Virus record (IMG/VR): IMGVR_UViG_3300044636_000374
Span: 1-58,944 of that record
DNA length: 58,944 nt
DNA from: a virus
Taxonomy: Duplodnaviria; Caudoviricetes
Direction: 5' to 3' (one strand)
In this document: positions 54,148-58,944 of the stretch, piece after piece
Layout of the letters: each line of letters begins with the position of its first letter
How positions within the stretch are numbered: position 1 is the stretch's first letter
Position numbers and translations under genes: made by a program
The notes under the pieces: generated by a model
What the model saw: the letters and a program-made list of their open reading frames with translations, nothing else
Told to the model about the DNA's origin: nothing
The model's database searches: none

Positions 54148-54727
54148 AGGACGCAGTTTCACCCCCGTACCCTCGGGATCCCATTTGGCAAGATGCTACC
54201 GAATCATCGATCTTGGAACTCAGAAAACGGAATGGGCTGGGCAGGTCAAGCTCCTCCAGAAAGTGATGTTCCAGTTTGAGGTTCACTCGGAAGACGACGA
54301 AGGCAATCCTCTGGTTACTTCAAAAGGGGAACCTATGTCCATCTCCAAGAACTACACCTTGTCCTTGGGGGACAAATCCCAACTCAGGGCCGATCTGGAG
54401 GCTTGGAGAAGCAAGGAGTTCACAAGGGACGAACTGAAGGGCTTTGAACTGAAGAACGTCCTAGGTGCGTGGTGTATGTTGACCGTTACCCGAGCTACAG
54501 GGAAAGACGGGAAGGACTACACGAACATCTCGGGTATTTCCCCGGTTCCCAAAGCTATGAAGGCCTCTCTCCCGGAACCCCACAACGAGGTTGGAATCTT
54601 CTCAATTTCCGATCCTGACATGGAGATGTTTGACACCTTCTCCGACCGGATCAAACAGAGAATCATGGACACCCCCGAGTGGAAGTCCCGCAATACAACC
54701 GAAGACGACACACAAATTCCCTTTTGA
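54125..54727 (+). CDS. Putative single-stranded DNA-binding protein
   Basis: PSGSHLARCYRIIDLGTQ; acidic tail EDDTQIPF like the SSB C-terminus. Confidence 0.7.
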   Translation: MLIARASEGRSFTPVPSGSHLARCYRIIDLGTQKTEWAGQVKLLQKVMFQFEVHSEDDEGNPLVTSKGEPMSISKNYTLSLGDKSQLRADLEAWRSKEFTRDELKGFELKNVLGAWCMLTVTRATGKDGKDYTNISGISPVPKAMKASLPEPHNEVGIFSISDPDMEMFDTFSDRIKQRIMDTPEWKSRNTTEDDTQIPF

Positions 54728-54735
54728 GGCACATC

Positions 54736-54876
54736 ATGTACGCAACCCTGATTGTTCCTATCGCTGAAGTTCCCAACATCCTTCGTGCTTTGCAGGCTCA
54801 GAAACCTGTGGAAGTTAAGGTAGTTCCAAAGCCTCCAGTCAAACGAGGCCGTGGCCGTCCCCCCAAAGCCAAGTGA
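54736..54876 (+). CDS. Small protein with AT-hook motif
   Basis: KRGRGRPPK at the C-terminus; GAGG RBS. Confidence 0.6.
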   Translation: MYATLIVPIAEVPNILRALQAQKPVEVKVVPKPPVKRGRGRPPKAK

Positions 54877-55070
54877 CACAAATCGAGTTGTACGACGAAT
54901 CCGGGAGGGTTGGGATACTGACCTTCTCGGAGGATCGTTTGTCGTTCCAAGGAGACCCTGATGAGGCTGCAAAGGCATTCTTTGAAGCCTTCAATCAGGT
55001 CTTCTCCTCGGAACTGCAACAGGCTTACATAACCGGCTGGACCGACGCCCTGAAGGAGAAGGTTAATTGA
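54873..55070 (+). CDS. Small hypothetical protein
   Basis: GTGA coupling; FQGDPDEAAKAFFE. Confidence 0.6.
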   Translation: MTQIELYDESGRVGILTFSEDRLSFQGDPDEAAKAFFEAFNQVFSSELQQAYITGWTDALKEKVN

Positions 55071-55543
55071 ACCTTGAACTTCTGAAAGAGCGGTTTGAGT
55101 ATGTTGACGGCGAGTTGCTCCATAAGACAAGCCTTGGAGGGGCAAAGAAAGGCCAGCGGGTTGGAAAGCCAGACAAGGATGGTTATCTGATCACTACGGT
55201 TCAAAGGAAGGCTTACAGGGTCCATAGGATCATCTTTTTTATGCACCACGGGTACGTCCCCGAGATGCTGGATCACATTGACAACAACCCTCTGAACAAT
55301 CGTATAGAGAATCTTCGCCCCGCTACCTACTCCCAGAACAACCTCAACCGTGGCAAAACCAAGAGCAATAAGACTGGTTACAAGGGCGTCTTTTGGAGAC
55401 CCTCCGAGAAGAAGTTCATCGCCAAACTGGGCTTCAACAATAAAAAGATCTTTCTCGGTTCGTTTGATGATCCAAAACTGGCCCACGAAGCCTACTGTGC
55501 AGCCGCCAAACATTACGCTCCAGACTTTGCGAGGACAGAATGA
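55067..55543 (+). CDS. HNH endonuclease with AP2-like domain (homing type)
   Basis: VHRIIF...LDHIDNNPLNNRIENLR; NKTGYKGV; LGSFDDPKLAHEAY. Confidence 0.9.
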   Translation: MNLELLKERFEYVDGELLHKTSLGGAKKGQRVGKPDKDGYLITTVQRKAYRVHRIIFFMHHGYVPEMLDHIDNNPLNNRIENLRPATYSQNNLNRGKTKSNKTGYKGVFWRPSEKKFIAKLGFNNKKIFLGSFDDPKLAHEAYCAAAKHYAPDFARTE

Positions 55544-56283
55544 TTGCTAAAGGTTTTGCTGCTGAATCTGGACACTGGTACACCCGAGATGGGGAACCTG
55601 CTTATACCGTCAAAGGGTCTACAGGAGAGCGTCCCACGACCCTCAGAGACGCTAGAAAGCTGAATCTGGTTCCTAGTGTCACCTCAATCATTAACGTCGC
55701 TGCAAAGCCCGGTTTGGAGAAGTGGAAGCAACAACAGCTACTCCTTGCAGCTCTGACCCTTCCCAAGATCAATAGTGAATCCGAGGATGAGTACATCGAC
55801 CGGATCATTCGTGACTCTAAAGAACAAGGGAAAGCCGCAGCGGATGCCGGAACCGAGATTCACGCCTCCATTGAGAGCTTCTACCAAGGCAAACCCAGTT
55901 CCTCTCCCTATGTTAAAGGGGCTACAAACCTCATCCTTGAGACGTTTGGACCCCAATCTTGGATAGCGGAAAGATCGTTTTCTCATGAAATCGGTTTTGG
56001 AGGGAAGTGCGATCTTCATTGTCCTACTGTTGTCTTAGACGTAAAGACAAAAGAGTTTGAGAATCCCAAAGATGTCCAAGTCTATGAAGAACACATCATG
56101 CAACTCGCGGCGTATCGCGTTGGCCTTGGACTTCCTGAAGCCCGATGCGCCAACATCTTCGTATCCCGCTCATATCCGGGTGTTGTTACAGTCATTGAAC
56201 ACACCGAGGAAGACATCAAAAAAGGCTGGGAAATGTTCACCTGCCTCCTGAAGTATTGGCAACTATCAAAAGGTCATCAATGA
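55540..56283 (+). CDS. PD-(D/E)XK exonuclease
   Basis: PSVTSI, GTEIH, GKCDL..VLDVKT, MQLAAY. Confidence 0.85.
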   Translation: MIAKGFAAESGHWYTRDGEPAYTVKGSTGERPTTLRDARKLNLVPSVTSIINVAAKPGLEKWKQQQLLLAALTLPKINSESEDEYIDRIIRDSKEQGKAAADAGTEIHASIESFYQGKPSSSPYVKGATNLILETFGPQSWIAERSFSHEIGFGGKCDLHCPTVVLDVKTKEFENPKDVQVYEEHIMQLAAYRVGLGLPEARCANIFVSRSYPGVVTVIEHTEEDIKKGWEMFTCLLKYWQLSKGHQ

Positions 56284-56492
56284 AACCTGTTAAAGCCTTC
56301 AAAACAGAAGACGGAACCCTGTTTGAAGATCTCAGCGCAGCAGAAAGGCATCAAGCCTTCCTCGATAATCGTTCCGAGATTGAAGAGTTCCTCTCCAGCG
56401 ATTTGAATCCCTATAAAGCAGCAGCTCATCGGGGGATCGCTCGTATGACCGTCATCAACTGGTCCCTGTGGAGAACCAAGAATGACCGATGA
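56280..56492 (+). CDS. Small hypothetical protein
   Basis: ATGA coupling; AFKTEDGTLFE. Confidence 0.65.
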   Translation: MKPVKAFKTEDGTLFEDLSAAERHQAFLDNRSEIEEFLSSDLNPYKAAAHRGIARMTVINWSLWRTKNDR

Positions 56493-56691
56493 CATGATCA
56501 AACAGGTGTTCTTCTATTGCGAGAACAAAGGCGGTCTCATCGCAAACGGCGTAGATATTCTGGAGTTTGCAAGGAAGATCGAAGCCGTTCTAACTCCTAT
56601 CATCCAACTTCAAGAACACCACCGCTGTGTAAAGATCGTCTCTGATCTCAACAAAGAAGTCGGTAAGAAGTTGGCTACCCTAAGACCTTAA
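56482..56691 (+). CDS. Small hypothetical protein
   Basis: GGAG RBS; FARKIE motif. Confidence 0.6.
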   Translation: MTDDMIKQVFFYCENKGGLIANGVDILEFARKIEAVLTPIIQLQEHHRCVKIVSDLNKEVGKKLATLRP

Positions 56692-57722
56692 GGGGCAGCA
56701 GGAAGGCTAGGAATCGGCCTTGCTTGAGATTCTCTTGCCCTTTCTCGGATTGCTTGTGCCCCCATAGCCCCAAGACCAATAGGAACCGTAGCCATCTGAT
56801 GAGGTCCGGGGAACATAGAAGCAGCCCCCGCTACACCGCTGATCCCCAATAGAATCTGCTTGATCCTATCAATCTCTTCTGGGGACTTCCCTTGTTCTGC
56901 AAGGATGTCGGCAATGTCAGTCCCTACGCTATATCCCGCAAGCGGAGGAACAGCGTATCTACCAACAGTGCCAGCAGCAGACTTCAAAGCTGATACAGGG
57001 GCGCTTTGCATCATTGATTGATACAAGGCTTTAACCTGATCCAAACCAGAGGGAGGGGCGACAGGAGATACGCGAGGCGGTAACGCTCTAGCCTCTACAA
57101 CAGGTTTTCCTGCTTGCGTCAGAGGACCTGCCTCAGTTTCTACCGGGGCAAACACCACGGACTCTCTGGGAGGCCGCATCCTTTCATTCATGACCTTCAA
57201 ACCTGAAGGCAGGTCCGTTGTTTGTCCGGCGAACCTTGCTTCAAGCGCCTTTTCTGCCGCTTCCGCTGCTTTAACGAGTTCCTGAGCGTGTTGCATCGAT
57301 CTGGCCCGTTCGGTTTCAATCGGGCTTAGATACTTCATTGCATAGTTTTCAACGCCGCTTTTAAAACCTTGCGCTCTTTGAGCTTGAGGAACTTGCAGAG
57401 AAGAAGCAGGAATCTGATCTTTAGGAACAATTCCTTGCGCCTGCGCCGGAGTCTGTGGCGGTGTTTGCCCAAACATCCTTTGCTGGATCTTCTGTTGAGC
57501 AGACAAGTCTCCAAGAACCCTTCCCTCTTGAATGACTTGCGCCCCCCTTCGTAGACCAGCTTCGCCCATCTTTTTAGCCGGGCCAAAAGCACCTATTGCC
57601 GCCCCTGCGCCACCTAGTGTTGTTCTGTCAAGAAACCGCCCAATCTCGTCTTCTTGACCCGACTGAGGCGTAGAAGGTTGAGCTATCGGAGCAAAAGACT
57701 CCCAAGGAGCTTTCTCATTCAT
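56688..57722 (-). CDS. Putative virion/ejection-like protein
   Basis: N-terminal APWE; A/G/P/Q-rich; hydrophobic G/A segments; GGAG RBS. Confidence 0.55.
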   Translation of the reverse strand: MNEKAPWESFAPIAQPSTPQSGQEDEIGRFLDRTTLGGAGAAIGAFGPAKKMGEAGLRRGAQVIQEGRVLGDLSAQQKIQQRMFGQTPPQTPAQAQGIVPKDQIPASSLQVPQAQRAQGFKSGVENYAMKYLSPIETERARSMQHAQELVKAAEAAEKALEARFAGQTTDLPSGLKVMNERMRPPRESVVFAPVETEAGPLTQAGKPVVEARALPPRVSPVAPPSGLDQVKALYQSMMQSAPVSALKSAAGTVGRYAVPPLAGYSVGTDIADILAEQGKSPEEIDRIKQILLGISGVAGAASMFPGPHQMATVPIGLGAMGAQAIRERARESQARPIPSLPAAP

Positions 57723-58944
57723 TTACAACTCTCCAGTTAGCAGGATTCCTAGAGGCTTGAACGTCGTCTCTAGGGCCAACATACTGATACTTTTTACCTT
57801 GGTACGTTCTTGTCGCCCCCGGTTGAGGCAAAAACTTGTTTGCAATCTCTGAAGACTTCTTCTCCCAGTCATCAAGCAACCCTCGGTATTCTGGTGTTGC
57901 TCTCCAATCAAGAATCGTCTTTCTAGGATTGCGCTCTTTCCATTGTCTGAAAGACTCAATGTCCTTTTGATCAAACTTGGCGCGAGCATCAATCAGGTCC
58001 ATCCGTGTACGGATCATCTCAGCACTATTCAAGACACTACCCGGCAACGCCCTGACAATCCGGCGCTCGCCTTCAGTAACAGCGCCTTGTTTGTCTAAAT
58101 ACGTTTGTGTGTATTTAAGCTCCAAGTTGGCAAGATCCGCGCCAATCAACTCAACATTTGTAATATCTTGTTTGGTGACGTTCGGGGCAACCGCTCGCAG
58201 AGCAGCATCAATACCCGGAAAGCTAATTGTTCCTCCGGGAGTCTGAACACCGCTACCAATCAGGGACAAAATAGCAGGGCCATAACCGGGACGAGCCAAC
58301 AAACCAACAAAGTTGCCGCTGGCATCAACCAGACGAGAAACTCGATCCGTAAGTATAGGAATAGATCTGGCAGATTCATATAGCTTAGGTATCTCACCTT
58401 CGTCTTTTGCGGCTTTATTCGCCAGTGTTCTGGCGTACTCTAAATCTGTTTCTTTTGTAATTTCTCTTTCAGTGCTGGTTGGAACTCGCCCACCGCCTGC
58501 CGGGGTCTCTCCAGTAAACCGTTGAGCGAACAAAGCCGCTTGAGGGCTATTGATCCCATTCTTACGAACGATTCGGTCAAACTCTATCGCGTCTGCTTCA
58601 GGGATCTCGTATGACTTGAACCCATCAGATGTCATAAACATCCGATTGACAGTTTTTGGCTCAAGCTCAACCGTAGATACTCTTTCTTGTAGCTTAATAT
58701 CCCCGGCGATCTGCGCGGGTCCGGGAAGCCCTTTAACGTGAGCCTCTATAGCGTTCTGGCCTTCCATAGCAACAGCACGAGGAACTGTCATCTCACCCTT
58801 GCTGGTAGATACCTTGACGGTTTCTCCTGTGTCGTAGTAGTACAACCTTCCCGTCGCTGAGTCATATACACGGTTGTCTCGGAACTGATACCGATCCTTG
58901 TTGAACTGACGAGCCTTATCCATGGCGTCAGATACGGGTTTACC
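57715..58944 (-). CDS. Putative ejection-like protein, 5'-truncated by the window edge
   Basis: Frame stays open to 58944; QGAVTEGER; C-terminal GATRTYQGKKYQYVG...NPANW. Confidence 0.55.
   Translation of the reverse strand, partial: GKPVSDAMDKARQFNKDRYQFRDNRVYDSATGRLYYYDTGETVKVSTSKGEMTVPRAVAMEGQNAIEAHVKGLPGPAQIAGDIKLQERVSTVELEPKTVNRMFMTSDGFKSYEIPEADAIEFDRIVRKNGINSPQAALFAQRFTGETPAGGGRVPTSTEREITKETDLEYARTLANKAAKDEGEIPKLYESARSIPILTDRVSRLVDASGNFVGLLARPGYGPAILSLIGSGVQTPGGTISFPGIDAALRAVAPNVTKQDITNVELIGADLANLELKYTQTYLDKQGAVTEGERRIVRALPGSVLNSAEMIRTRMDLIDARAKFDQKDIESFRQWKERNPRKTILDWRATPEYRGLLDDWEKKSSEIANKFLPQPGATRTYQGKKYQYVGPRDDVQASRNPANWRVVNE

Noticed and set aside
55540-56283. Cas4 of a CRISPR system
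   Set aside because: No Fe-S cysteine cluster pattern, array or other cas genes; the SSB-linked context fits a phage recombination exonuclease.
1-58944. Terminal redundancy, tRNA genes or stop-codon reassignment
   Set aside because: The two ends share no obvious repeat, no cloverleaf was recognised by eye, and genes are intact under the standard code with all three stops in use.

Overview
The whole window is tailed dsDNA phage sequence, most likely a podovirus-type phage with ejection proteins and a probable beta/gamma-proteobacterial host (inferred from a CTGT-N8-ACAG LexA box). Left to right it contains: a structured non-coding segment, a small HNH gene and a Twinkle/T7 gp4-type primase-helicase (1-2450). 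A leftward early cassette of small genes, including an ArdC-like protein, follows (2436-6570). Next is an intergenic region packed with host-protein binding sites: sigma70, sigma54, LexA and DnaA boxes (6600-7000). A long rightward late region (7006-49906) encodes TerS, a LexA-like HTH, TerL, portal, GroES-like protein, scaffold, capsid, a cassette of small basic proteins sharing a 'xxGG / RxDGxAxRGKT' tag, adaptors, tail fibre, holin/endolysin, nozzle and four ejection proteins, the last a 2990-aa polyvalent protein. Then come a leftward accessory operon headed by a Cro-like gene (49881-53735), a rightward SSB/HNH/exonuclease operon (53835-56691) and two leftward virion-like genes, the last cut by the window edge. 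I recognised no integrase, DNA polymerase, reverse transcriptase, tRNA or CRISPR array. Best candidates for an undescribed system: (1) the 2990-aa protein, whose effector domains (ParB-like, unknown, two ART) are delimited by an '[F/P/K]SLR' motif that is also a near-identical DNA repeat, suggesting a swappable and possibly self-processing injected effector array; (2) the shared tag on small late proteins and ejection proteins, a possible capsid-loading or processing signal; (3) the dense host-regulator site cluster beside the terminase genes. All family calls come from motif recognition by eye, not database searches.
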